Assembly: GCA_963737065.1 (NCBI GenBank)
Contig: CAVTRC010000001.1
Span: 1,440,001 to 1,504,000 of the forward strand
Source: Candidatus Eremiobacteria bacterium
Lineage (GTDB): Bacteria; Vulcanimicrobiota; Vulcanimicrobiia; Vulcanimicrobiales; Vulcanimicrobiaceae
Direction: 5' to 3'
Length of the DNA stretch: 64,000 bases
Shown: positions 47,373 through 56,677 of the stretch, one piece after another
Numbering within the stretch: the stretch's first letter is position 1
How the letters are laid out: every line of letters begins with the position of its first letter
Program-made: the position numbers and the translations under genes
The notes under the pieces: generated by a model
What the model saw: the letters and a program-made list of their open reading frames with translations, nothing else
Database searches by the model: none
Told to the model about the DNA's origin: nothing

Positions 47373-48389
47373 TTACAGCAGCTTCATCGCGCGTTTCACA
47401 TCGAGCATCACGGACGAAGCAATCTCGCGCGTGCGCGCCGTGCCGTCTTCGATGATCGCGTCGACCTGCGAGGGATCTTGGCGAAACGTGGTAAGGCGTT
47501 CGCGGATCGGACGCAGATACGCGTTGAGTTGTTCCGCGAAGTCGGTTTTATCCGCGACGCACCCGAGCGCACCGCTCCGGCATCCCGCCGCCACCGCGTC
47601 GAGCTTGAGCGGATTCACGAACTTCCACATCGCGAAGACCGGGCAAATCTCCGGCCGGCCGGGATCGCCTCTGCGCACTTTTTGCGGATCGGTGATCATG
47701 GAACGAACTTTCTTCGTCGTCGTTTCTTCGTCGTCCGCGATGAGAATGGCGTTGTTGTAGGATTTCGACATCTTGCGGCCGTCGATGCCCGGCACTTCGG
47801 CGAAATCGGTCAGCGTCGCTTGCGGCTCGATGAGCACGTCTTGGCCCTCGCCGTACACATGATTGAACCGGCGCACGACCTCGCGCGCAAATTCCAAGTG
47901 CGCGACTTGATCGCGACCGACCGGCACGCGTTCACCGCGCACGATCGCCACGTCGCACACCTGCAGCAGCGGATATCCGAGAAAACCGTATGTCGCGACA
48001 TGCGAACCGAGTTCTTCGATTTGGCCTTTCCACGTCGGAACACGTTCGAGCCACGAGACCGGCGTGATCATCGAGAGCAATGTGTGCAATTCCGCAATCT
48101 CCGGGACGGCGGATTGCAAGAAGATCGTCGCCTTCTTCGGGTCCACGCCGGCCGCAAGCCAGACTGCCACCATGTCGTTGCGCGCATCGCGAATCGTCTG
48201 CGGATCTTGATAACCGGTCGTGAACGCGTGCAGATCGGCGATTTCAAAGTACGCGTCCGCCGTGTCGCAAAATGCGCTCCACTGTGTCAGCACGCCCATG
48301 AGATGGCCGAGGTGCAGGCCACCCGTCGGCCGCATGCCCGACATCACGCGTGGCTTGGCGGACGTCGTCATCGAGCTAATGGTCGTCAT
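47373..48389 (-). CDS. trpS: Tryptophan--tRNA ligase
   Basis: SGMRPTGGLHLGH, IADLHA, GFLGYPLLQ, VPVGRDQ, KMSKS. Start 48389 or 48371. Confidence 0.96.
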   Translation of the reverse strand: MTTISSMTTSAKPRVMSGMRPTGGLHLGHLMGVLTQWSAFCDTADAYFEIADLHAFTTGYQDPQTIRDARNDMVAVWLAAGVDPKKATIFLQSAVPEIAELHTLLSMITPVSWLERVPTWKGQIEELGSHVATYGFLGYPLLQVCDVAIVRGERVPVGRDQVAHLEFAREVVRRFNHVYGEGQDVLIEPQATLTDFAEVPGIDGRKMSKSYNNAILIADDEETTTKKVRSMITDPQKVRRGDPGRPEICPVFAMWKFVNPLKLDAVAAGCRSGALGCVADKTDFAEQLNAYLRPIRERLTTFRQDPSQVDAIIEDGTARTREIASSVMLDVKRAMKLL

Positions 48390-48399
48390 TATCCCGCCG

Positions 48400-49158
48400 C
48401 TAATACGCCACCGATAGGCCGCCGAACTCCCGCGCACTCGCAATCTTGCGACGCACGAATGCCCGCGCGAAGCGCACCGCATCGGTGAGCGCGTCCCCTT
48501 GGGCGAGCGCGCAGGCAAGCGCCATCGCAAGCAAACATCCGGTACCGCGTAATTCGCCCTCGACGCGCGATCCGTCGAAGAGCTCCACGTCGTCTCGTGT
48601 CGCGAGCGCATCGACGGGATTTCCCGGCAAATGTCCGCCTTTGAGCAACACCGCACGGCAGCCGAACTGCTGCACATCGCGCGCGGCTTGCGCGATCGAA
48701 TCGCGATCGATCTCGCGTCCGCCCAGAAGGCGTTGCGCTTCCGGAATATTCGGCGTCGCGATCACGCTCGGAAGCGTGAGCAATGCGTCACGAAGCGCGA
48801 CGATCGTGTCGCCGTCCACAAACGTTCCGCCACGCGAGGCGCGAAAGACGGTGTCGACGACGATCGGCAGATCGTAATAGCGCCGCAGCCCTTCGCTCAC
48901 GATCGCGACGATTTCCACGGACGGAAGCGCACCGACACGCACGGCCGCGATCTCCGACGGATGCGCCGTCTCGAATTGCGCCCGAATAATATCGGCGGAA
49001 AGTGTTTCGACGGCATGCAGCCCGTGTTCGTCTTGCGCCGTCACGGCCGTCCGTACCGTGATGCTGCGGACGCCGAGTTCGTGGGCGACGAACATGTCGA
49101 GGCCGACACCCGCGATGTTCCACGGATGCGTTGTGCCGATCGACAGAACCGTCGTCAT
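48400..49158 (-). CDS. thiD: Hydroxymethylpyrimidine/phosphomethylpyrimidine kinase (divergent)
   Basis: TAVTAQ, ATPNIPEA, VLLKGGH, RGTGC; adjacent to thiE. Confidence 0.8.
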   Translation of the reverse strand: MTTVLSIGTTHPWNIAGVGLDMFVAHELGVRSITVRTAVTAQDEHGLHAVETLSADIIRAQFETAHPSEIAAVRVGALPSVEIVAIVSEGLRRYYDLPIVVDTVFRASRGGTFVDGDTIVALRDALLTLPSVIATPNIPEAQRLLGGREIDRDSIAQAARDVQQFGCRAVLLKGGHLPGNPVDALATRDDVELFDGSRVEGELRGTGCLLAMALACALAQGDALTDAVRFARAFVRRKIASAREFGGLSVAY

Positions 49159-49228
49159 TCCACGTTACTCAAGCAGGACACTTGGGGATTCGAGTATACC
49201 GGCACACGACGAAAACGAACATACGGCG

Positions 49229-49870
49229 TCAACGTTCGCCGGCGGCGCGCCATAGGTCGACGAGCTCACGTGTCGCGCACTCGGGGTCTGCCGCGGCGGA
49301 AATGGCCGAAATGACGGCCGCCATCCCGACGCCCGTCTCGCGTACGGCGGCGACGTTGCGCGCCGTGATCCCGCCGATCGCCGCGACGGGCATCGTCGCG
49401 ACCTCCGCGACACGGCGCAATCCATCGACGCCGATCGGTTCGCCGGCGTCGGTCTTCGATGCGGTCAAATATACCGAGCCGACGCCGATGTAGTCGGCGC
49501 CGAGACGATTCGCAATGCGCGCCTCTTCAACAGTACCGCATGAAAGTCCGATGATTCGCGCACCGATCGTCGCGCGCACCGGCGCGAGATCGACGAAGCC
49601 GTCGTCGTCAGGGCCCAAATGCACGCCGTCGCAGTCAAATTCCGCGACCGCACGCCAATCGTCGTTCACGATCAGCAGGGCTCCGACGTGCGAGGTCATG
49701 TCGCGAAGCGCGCGTAGATGGCCTGACACGATGCCATGTTTCGCGCGGTATTGCACGATGTGCACGCCGGCATCGAGCGTCGCGCGAGCGAGCCGCAGCA
49801 CGTCATCGTCTTCGTTGAGGATCGCGTAGATGCCGCGCAAGCGGCTTACGCGCGCGGCATCCGTCGCCAC
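49229..49870 (-). CDS. thiE: Thiamine-phosphate synthase
   Basis: VQYRAK, IVNDD, DGVHLGPDD, IGLS, ADYIGVG, T-x-SK, AIGGI. Confidence 0.93.
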   Translation of the reverse strand: MATDAARVSRLRGIYAILNEDDDVLRLARATLDAGVHIVQYRAKHGIVSGHLRALRDMTSHVGALLIVNDDWRAVAEFDCDGVHLGPDDDGFVDLAPVRATIGARIIGLSCGTVEEARIANRLGADYIGVGSVYLTASKTDAGEPIGVDGLRRVAEVATMPVAAIGGITARNVAAVRETGVGMAAVISAISAAADPECATRELVDLWRAAGER

Positions 49871-50022
49871 AACACGATATTTGCGATCAAATACAGAACG
49901 AACGCGATGCTGATACCGACGGCAATGACCATGTTATGGCGCTGCACGGCAAGCGGCACGATCAGTGCGAAACAGATCACGCCGAACATCACCACAGTCA
50001 TAATACGGGTGAATGGAATCAT
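49846..50022 (-). CDS. Small two-TM membrane protein (58 aa, below the ORF-track cutoff)
   Basis: MIPFTRIMTVVMFGVICFALIVPLAVQRHNMVIAVGISIAFVLYLIANIVLWRRMPRA; ATGA overlap with the parB stop. Confidence 0.7.
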   Translation of the reverse strand: MIPFTRIMTVVMFGVICFALIVPLAVQRHNMVIAVGISIAFVLYLIANIVLWRRMPRA

Positions 50023-50888
50023 TCTTGAATATCGAGCAACAGATCGCCCAGGCGCATGAATTCGTTGTCGTTCGTGAAACGAAACTCGATGCGGCCGCCG
50101 CGTCCGCTGCGCACGACCGCGACGTGGGTGCCAAACCGCGCGCGCAGCCGCGATTCAAAGTCATGCTCTTCGGGCGAAAGCTCGCGCGCCCGCGGAACTT
50201 TTTGCGCGTTCGGCGTCTCGACCGCACCGGTGAGACGCTCGAGCGCGCGAACCGACAAACCTTCGTTCACGGCGCGTTGTGCAAGTTGGATCCGTTGATC
50301 CGCAGGCGCTGCAAGCAATGCGCGGGCATGCCCCGCCGAGAGGCGACCGTCGGCGAGCATCGCTTTAATCGCGTCCGGTAACTGCAGCAAGCGTAGGCCG
50401 TTGGCGATAACCGGGCGGCTCTTACCGAGGCGCTGCGCAACTTCGTCTTGCGTGAGGCCGTACTCTTCGACCAAGTACGAGAATCCCGCCGCCTCTTCCA
50501 ACGGGTTCAAGTTCTCGCGTTGCAAGTTTTCGATGATCGCAACTTCAAGCGAATCGCGATCGTCGGCCTCGCGTACGATAGCGGGAATCGTGTTTTTGCG
50601 CAATGCCGCGCACGCACGCCAGCGACGCTCACCCGCAACCAGCTCGTACTTCTCACCGCGCTTGCGCACGATGATCGGCACGAGCACGCCGTACACGGCG
50701 ATCGAGGCTTGCAATTCGTCAAGCGACGCTCGATCGAACGTTGTGCGCGGCTGATGTGGGTTCGGCGTAATCGCCGCGACCGGAAGATCGCGCAGCGTTT
50801 CACGCGGCGCAGGCGCAGTCGGTACCGGGACATCACCGAGCAGCGCGCCGAGTCCTTTGCCGAGTCCGCGTTTCGGCGCTTGACTCAC
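50019..50888 (-). CDS. parB: Chromosome partitioning protein ParB/Spo0J
   Basis: RGLGKGLGALL, NPHQPR, AGERRWRA, IENLQRENLNPLEEA, GKSR, SAGHARAL. Confidence 0.97.
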   Translation of the reverse strand: MSQAPKRGLGKGLGALLGDVPVPTAPAPRETLRDLPVAAITPNPHQPRTTFDRASLDELQASIAVYGVLVPIIVRKRGEKYELVAGERRWRACAALRKNTIPAIVREADDRDSLEVAIIENLQRENLNPLEEAAGFSYLVEEYGLTQDEVAQRLGKSRPVIANGLRLLQLPDAIKAMLADGRLSAGHARALLAAPADQRIQLAQRAVNEGLSVRALERLTGAVETPNAQKVPRARELSPEEHDFESRLRARFGTHVAVVRSGRGGRIEFRFTNDNEFMRLGDLLLDIQE

Positions 50889-51673
50889 GCGCCGTGTCCG
50901 ACGGCATGAGCGTTCTCCGGCGCGAGCACTTCGCGTGCGAGCGAAAGGTACGCTTGCGCGCCGCGGCTCTTGACGTCAAAAAGAATGACGGGCTTGCCGA
51001 ATGACGGCGCTTCCGAAAGCCGGATATTCCGTGGAATCTGCGTTTTGAACATTTGCTCCGGAAAGAATTTTTCGAGTTCGTCGAGCACTTCCATCGCCAG
51101 TCGCGTGCGCCCGTCGAACATCGTAACGAGCACACCGCTCACGTGAAGCGTAGGATTGAGCGCTTCGCGCACGCGGCGCACGACCGCGGTGAGCTGAGAC
51201 AGTCCTTCGAGTGCGTAGTATTCCGCCTGCACCGGAATGATGAGTTCTTCTGCGGCGGTGAGCGCATTGATCGTCAGCAGCCCGAGCGACGGTGGACAGT
51301 CTATCAACACGAAATCGAATCGCGACGCGACCGGCGCGAGCGCTTGACGCAATCGCGTTTCGCGTGAAAGCGCGGAAACGAGTTCGATCTCTGCGCCGGC
51401 AAGATTGATCGTTGCGGGGACGAGCAGCAGACTGTCGAGTTCCGTGCGCTGTGCGACGTCATCGATCGTCGCATCCTGCATCAATACGTTGTACACGTCG
51501 TGAGCGAGCGCGTGTTTCTCGATGCCGAAGCCGGTCGTCGTATTGCCTTGCGGATCGCAGTCGACGACGAGTACTTTGCGCCCTTGCACCGCGAGCGCGG
51601 CACCGAGATTTACGGCCGTCGTGCTTTTCCCGACGCCGCCTTTCTGATTGACGAGGGCGATGATTCGACTCAA
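50885..51673 (-). CDS. parA: Chromosome partitioning ATPase ParA/Soj
   Basis: NQKGGVGKSTT, DCDPQGN, DCPPSLGLLT, EYYALEG, PRNIRLSEAPSFG. Confidence 0.97.
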   Translation of the reverse strand: MSRIIALVNQKGGVGKSTTAVNLGAALAVQGRKVLVVDCDPQGNTTTGFGIEKHALAHDVYNVLMQDATIDDVAQRTELDSLLLVPATINLAGAEIELVSALSRETRLRQALAPVASRFDFVLIDCPPSLGLLTINALTAAEELIIPVQAEYYALEGLSQLTAVVRRVREALNPTLHVSGVLVTMFDGRTRLAMEVLDELEKFFPEQMFKTQIPRNIRLSEAPSFGKPVILFDVKSRGAQAYLSLAREVLAPENAHAVGHGA

Positions 51674-51691
51674 ACGGAGATCCTGAAAATG

Positions 51692-53071
51692 TTACGGCAC
51701 CCCCGCGAGATACTCGACGAGAAGTGCGTACAGTGTCTCGCGCTCGTTACGTTCGGGCTGCTCCGTGACCTGCTCGAAGAGCCACTGCAACGCACGGCCG
51801 ACGCGGTAATCGCCGCGAAATCCCGGCGCTGCTAAACCGCGCTCGACCATTGCGGACATGACGTCGCCGCCATCGATCGCAAGGTCAGTTACCGAGAAGG
51901 CGGGTTTCCGTTCGACTTCGGCCCATACGCGCGCTTCGAACCGTTCGTTCGAATCGTCGCGCTTCGGCATGCCCGATCCGGCGATGTCCGCCGCGCGCAC
52001 TGCAAACTGCCGGCGCAGATCGTGTAAGCCGATCCGACGGATGAAACGGCGGACCGCGGCATCGCTGAGCTCGGGATCCTGGTTGTACATATGATGGCGT
52101 ACGAGATGGTCGACGGTCGCGACGTCATCGTTCGAGAATCTTAGCCGACTAAGCATCTCTTGCGCCATTTCGGCGCCGACGATCTCGTGCCGGTAGAAAT
52201 GGCCGTCTTCCTTCGTGCGCGGTTTCCCGATATCGTGCAGCAGGGCCGCAACACGAAGGATCGCGTCGCCGGGTGGCGTCGCATCGATCGTCTCCAGGTT
52301 GTGGCGCCAGACGTCGTATGCGTGCCACTCGTTCTGCTCGACGCCGACGCCTTCGAGCAGCTCGGGCCAAAAGTGCGCGAGGACGCCGGTTTCGGCCAAC
52401 AGGCGAAGTGCCGTCGAAGGGGCGGCCGCGTCGTGGAACACCTTCATGAGCTCATCGCGGATACGCTCGGGCGAAACCGTCTTCACCAACGGCGCCGCGG
52501 AACGCATCGCATCGAGCGTTCGGGGCGTGAGATCGTAGCCGAAGCGCGCGGCGAACTGCGCCGCGCGCAGCATGCGGAGCGGATCCTCTTCAAATGATCT
52601 CCGCGTCAGGATGTCGATGCGGCGCGCACGGATGTCCGCTTCGCCATGGTACGGATCGACCAGCACGCCGCTAGGAAGGCGGCGCGCTATCATGTTCATC
52701 CGAAAGTCCCGCCGTGCGAGGTCGTCCTCGATCGGAATCTCCGGGCCGCTTTGGACCTCGAAGTCTTTGTGGCCGCGCCCGGTCGATTTCTCGCTCCGCG
52801 GCAGCGCGACGTCGATCGTCCGCCCGTCGACGGTCAGCTTCAGCACGGCGAACGCCACTCCGACAAGGTCGACCTTCCCAAGCGGCTGAAGCCGCGCGCG
52901 CAGTTCTTCGAGCGGCACGCCGGTCACAACGTAGTCTGAATCCTTCGCCGGCGCGAGGCCGCCTTCAATCTCCGCGCGCAGTTCATCGCGGACGCGCCCA
53001 CCGACCGCGTAGAGCGAGCCGGCAGGCAAGGTGGCGATTAGCCGCTCGTCAAGGTGATGCAGTCGGTACAT
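51692..53071 (-). CDS. cca: CCA tRNA nucleotidyltransferase (class II) with HD domain
   Basis: VGGRVRD, DSD, ALPRSE, DLARRDF, EDPLRMLRA, ERI, LLHDIGK. Confidence 0.88.
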   Translation of the reverse strand: MYRLHHLDERLIATLPAGSLYAVGGRVRDELRAEIEGGLAPAKDSDYVVTGVPLEELRARLQPLGKVDLVGVAFAVLKLTVDGRTIDVALPRSEKSTGRGHKDFEVQSGPEIPIEDDLARRDFRMNMIARRLPSGVLVDPYHGEADIRARRIDILTRRSFEEDPLRMLRAAQFAARFGYDLTPRTLDAMRSAAPLVKTVSPERIRDELMKVFHDAAAPSTALRLLAETGVLAHFWPELLEGVGVEQNEWHAYDVWRHNLETIDATPPGDAILRVAALLHDIGKPRTKEDGHFYRHEIVGAEMAQEMLSRLRFSNDDVATVDHLVRHHMYNQDPELSDAAVRRFIRRIGLHDLRRQFAVRAADIAGSGMPKRDDSNERFEARVWAEVERKPAFSVTDLAIDGGDVMSAMVERGLAAPGFRGDYRVGRALQWLFEQVTEQPERNERETLYALLVEYLAGVP

Positions 53072-53082
53072 CCTACGGGTCG

Positions 53083-53098
53083 TGTTTCACGTTAAACG
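53083..53098. promoter_or_regulatory. parS-like site 1
   Basis: TGTTTCACGTTAAACG versus consensus TGTTTCACGTGAAACA (2 mismatches); about 1.4 kb from parA. Confidence 0.7.
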
Positions 53099-53118
53099 AC
53101 AATTTGTAATGGGGCGAG

Positions 53119-53134
53119 TGTTTCACGGTAAACT
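53119..53134. promoter_or_regulatory. parS-like site 2
   Basis: TGTTTCACGGTAAACT (3 mismatches to consensus); starts 36 bp after site 1. Confidence 0.55.
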
Positions 53135-53344
53135 TCTTCACTCCGCGGCCCGCTTCCGATGCGTGCGTCGGTACTGGAGCAGGCGAGGCGCGCCTCGAAC
53201 TCGCTTAGCTTTCCGACGTCTGCAACCATTTGTCGCGGTAATCGCGTGAAGTTCGGTTCGCGTAAGAAGCGCAAATCGTTCAGCGGTGAAGATTGGGCTT
53301 GCTGCGATTGAGACTCGACGTACCGGTTATATCTCGCGCTCTTC

Positions 53345-53510
53345 TAACGTGTGCCGACCAGCGGGTGTCGTGTAACGTATGCCGACCAGCGGATGTCGCG
53401 TAACATGTGCCGACCAGCGGGTGTCGCGTAACGTGTGACGACCAGCGGGTATCGCCTAACGCGGCGACCAGCGGGTGTCGCGTAATGTGTGCCGACCAGC
53501 GGGTGTCGCG
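53345..53510. repeat. Tandem array of six ~28-bp units, no spacers
   Basis: Consensus TAACGTGTGCCGACCAGCGGGTGTCGCG; units start at 53345, 53373, 53401, 53429, 53457 (26 bp) and 53483. Confidence 0.95.
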
Positions 53511-54128
53511 ACGACGTCGCCGGTTTGGCCCGGAGCTGCGGCGCGGCCAATGGACGCCAGGCGTTCGACGGGACGGATTCGTGCTCGTCGGCGGCGACAT
53601 CGAACCGGACCGCGACGGCGGCCACGATCCCGAGTCAGTGTGCGAAGCGCGCCCGGGGGCCAGACGACGCAGCGTCGTCAATGTCGGACGCAGCGTTTCA
53701 TCCACGGCTGTAGATCGTTGGGATGCCGCGGCATGCAAACTCGCCAACGTGTACCAGGGGGGTACGCTGCTCCGAACCTCGGCCACGAACTCGACCTTTC
53801 GACATGAACCGCCATCGCGTTCACACTGAATCCGGATCGGCCTCCATTGGGCCGCTCAAAGGGATCGCGCCGGCAGCACGTCACTGCATCAACGGGAGGC
53901 CGGTAGCTTGCGAAGGCGTGCTGTCATAAGACAGGCGTCGTCGAACGCGGAAAACGTCGATGCGCAAGCCATGGCTCGTGGCGTTCTGTCGCATCCCGAG
54001 CGCACGCGCATCGAAGAGCCGCTCGCGACTGCAATTCTCGCTGGCTTTCTCGCTGCGATCCGCATGCGAACCGGCTAAAACCCGAATCAGCCGCGCATGG
54101 TTCCGTGGACGCGCCGCGCGTTGAGCCG

Positions 54129-54839
54129 CTACGCCCGGGGAGCCATACAGAGCGGACGCTTCTCGGGAATTCCAACGCGGCGCGGGAAACGCTGCGGCGT
54201 GTAGCCGGTCTTCTCCACGATCACGAGCTGACGGACCAATCCCGCTTCGCCCGCGGGCGGCAGCTGCGGAACGACGCGTTCGACTCGTGCGCCGAGCATA
54301 AGCGCGGCATCTTCGAGCGCCTGGTACTCGCGTTCGTCCATCGTGCCCCGCTGAAGCACGGCGCGCCCGCCGTTGTGAATCAACGGCAGCAACAGTTCCG
54401 CGACGGTCGGCGCGGTTGAAACGGCACGCGCCGTGCCGGTGTGAAAATGCTCCCGCAAATCGACATCGTGCCCCGCAACCTCGGCTCGCCGCGCGAAGAC
54501 TGAACCCTCCAGCTGGAACTCCGACAACAGCTCTTCGAGGAAGCGCGCTTTCTTCGTCGTCGACTCGATCATCATGACGGGTACGCCGGTCACGATCGCG
54601 AGCGGGATCGCGGGCAGACCGCCGCCCGAGCCGACATCGACGAGCGATTGCGTGACGTAGCCGGCGATCGAAACGCTGTCGACGATGTGCGGAGCGAACT
54701 CAGATGCCTCTTTGGCGCCGGTCACGTTGAACTTCGCGTTTGCTGCAAGCACGCGCGCGCCGTAGCGCGCCAACCGCTCCCGATATGCTTCGGGAACCTG
54801 CCCGTCTAGGAGGGAGAGCAACGCATCGAACGCGCTCAC
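54129..54839 (-). CDS. rsmG: 16S rRNA m7G527 methyltransferase
   Basis: FNVTG, HIVDS, DVGSGGGLP, RAE, TARAV, FPRRVGIPEKRPL; directly follows mnmG. Confidence 0.95.
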   Translation of the reverse strand: MSAFDALLSLLDGQVPEAYRERLARYGARVLAANAKFNVTGAKEASEFAPHIVDSVSIAGYVTQSLVDVGSGGGLPAIPLAIVTGVPVMMIESTTKKARFLEELLSEFQLEGSVFARRAEVAGHDVDLREHFHTGTARAVSTAPTVAELLLPLIHNGGRAVLQRGTMDEREYQALEDAALMLGARVERVVPQLPPAGEAGLVRQLVIVEKTGYTPQRFPRRVGIPEKRPLCMAPRA

Positions 54840-56677
54840 GCGCTCGCTGCGCTTCGTTCCCGATGGGCGAAAAGACGGATGATCGCGATATCGGCCGGCG
54901 TTACGCCGGGGATACGACTTGCTGCGCCGAGCGTGCGCGGCCGCCGCGCAGCGAGTTTTTCGCGTGCCTCACGAGACAGTGCCAGAATTGCGGCATAGTC
55001 CAGGGTTTCCGGGATGACGACTCGCTCGGTGCGCGCGGCTTTTTCGATGGCGAGCTCCTGACGGTGCACGTAGCCCGCAACTTTCAGTTCGATCGCGGCG
55101 CGCTCGCCGAGTTGGCCGCCCACCGGCGGGTCGAAATACCGCGCAATGTCGGCAAACGTTAGCGTGGGCCGGCGCAGTGCGTCCGCGAGCGTCGCACCCG
55201 CGTCGAAACGCTGGTCGCCGATCTGCTCGACGGTCACGCGTGTGCGCTCGGCCCGCCGCAGTACGTTGCGCAGTGCGGTTTGGCGGTCGTTGAACGCCTC
55301 CCATGCTTCATCGGAAACGAGACCGATTTCGCGGCCGATCGGCGTCAATCGCGCATCGGCGTTGTCGTGTCGCAACACGACGCGGTGTTCCGCGCGCGAC
55401 GTCAGCATGCGATACGGTTCGTCGACGCCTTTGCTCACGAGATCGTCGATTAACACGCCGATGTAGGCATCGCTTCGCCCGAGACGCAACGGTTCACGCC
55501 CTTGCAGCGTGCGCGCTGCATTCACACCCGCGATCAGGCCTTGCGCAGCAGCTTCTTCATATCCCGACGTGCCATTGAGTTGCCCGCAATGGAAGAGATT
55601 TTGCACGCGATGCGTTTCGAGCGTATCGCGCAATTCCGTCGGCGGCACCATGTCGTATTCAACCGCGTAACCCGCGCGCAACATCACGCACGATTCCAAT
55701 CCCGGTAACGTGCGTAACATTTCTATTTGCACTTCAGCCGGCAATGACGTTGAAAACCCGCCGACGTAGAGCGTTGGTTCGTTCCAGCCCTCAGGTTCGA
55801 TGAAGATCGAATGCGTCGGATTATGCGCGAACTTTACGACTTTATCTTCGATCGAAGGGCAGTAGCGCGGGCCGATGCCTTCGATCAAGTCCAACCCGTA
55901 AAGCGGCGAACGATGCAGATTATCGCGCACGAGTTTGTGCGTGCGCTCGTTCGTCTGCGTGATGTAACAATTCAATTGCGGACCGGCAAAACGCAGTTCA
56001 CTCATGTACGAAAACACGAGCGGTATGTCACTCGGCGGCTGCAATTGCATCGCGTCGTAATCAACGCTCGTCTTGTCGATGCGCGGCGGCGTTCCAGTTT
56101 TCAGACGTCGCGTCGGAAACCCCATGCGGCGAAGCGCGCGCGAGAGCCCAACCGAGGGTGCTTCACCGAAACGGCCCTCGCCTTGCACGACGTCGCCGCG
56201 GAATGTTTTGCCGCCGAGAAACGTCCCCGTCGCGAGCACCACCGCAGTCGCGGAATGACGCGTGCCGTCCGCACAGACGACGCCCCGCACGGCGCCCGCT
56301 TCGACGATTACATCCTCGACGAGGCCCTGCACGATCTCGAGGTTCGGCTGCGCGCGCAGCACGTCGAGAGCCGCATGCCCGTACGCTGGTTTATCCATCT
56401 GTTGCCGCAAGGCGCGCACTGCGGGGCCTTTGCTCTCGTTGAGAAAACGCGAATGGACGCTGCAACGATCGGCGAGGACTGCCATCGCGCCGCCGAGCGC
56501 GTCGATCTCGCGCACGAGCTGGCCCTTCGCGCTGCCGCCGATCGACGGATTGCACGGGAGCGTGCAAATTTTCTGCGGATCGCCCGTGAGCAGGACGGTC
56601 GGCACGCCAAGTCGCGCCGAAGCAAGCGCCGCTTCGACACCCGCATGACCGCCTCCAACAATGATCGCCCCGTTCAC
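54836..56677 (-). CDS. mnmG: tRNA uridine-5-carboxymethylaminomethyl modification enzyme GidA
   Basis: GGGHAGVEAA, CNPSIGG, SKGPAVRA, LKTGTPPR, GPRYCPSIEDK, GQLNGTSGYEEAAAQG, EPYRMLTSRAE. Confidence 0.98.
   Translation of the reverse strand: MNGAIIVGGGHAGVEAALASARLGVPTVLLTGDPQKICTLPCNPSIGGSAKGQLVREIDALGGAMAVLADRCSVHSRFLNESKGPAVRALRQQMDKPAYGHAALDVLRAQPNLEIVQGLVEDVIVEAGAVRGVVCADGTRHSATAVVLATGTFLGGKTFRGDVVQGEGRFGEAPSVGLSRALRRMGFPTRRLKTGTPPRIDKTSVDYDAMQLQPPSDIPLVFSYMSELRFAGPQLNCYITQTNERTHKLVRDNLHRSPLYGLDLIEGIGPRYCPSIEDKVVKFAHNPTHSIFIEPEGWNEPTLYVGGFSTSLPAEVQIEMLRTLPGLESCVMLRAGYAVEYDMVPPTELRDTLETHRVQNLFHCGQLNGTSGYEEAAAQGLIAGVNAARTLQGREPLRLGRSDAYIGVLIDDLVSKGVDEPYRMLTSRAEHRVVLRHDNADARLTPIGREIGLVSDEAWEAFNDRQTALRNVLRRAERTRVTVEQIGDQRFDAGATLADALRRPTLTFADIARYFDPPVGGQLGERAAIELKVAGYVHRQELAIEKAARTERVVIPETLDYAAILALSREAREKLAARRPRTLGAASRIPGVTPADIAIIRLFAHRERSAASA

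Noticed and set aside
51692..53071. Defence or toxin nucleotidyltransferase linked to the repeat array
   Set aside because: It has all class II CCA-adding motifs (DxD, RRD, EDxxR) plus an HD domain, consistent with housekeeping tRNA maturation.
53345..53510. CRISPR array (28-bp units; CCAGCGGG superficially recalls type I-E repeats)
   Set aside because: Units are directly adjacent with no unique spacers, and no cas genes or AT-rich leader were seen.
53280..53829. ORFs 53280-53786 (-), 53344-53625 (-) and 53407-53829 (+) as real genes
   Set aside because: Their repeated peptides merely reflect the 28-bp DNA repeat cycling through frames; there are no recognisable motifs or RBS.
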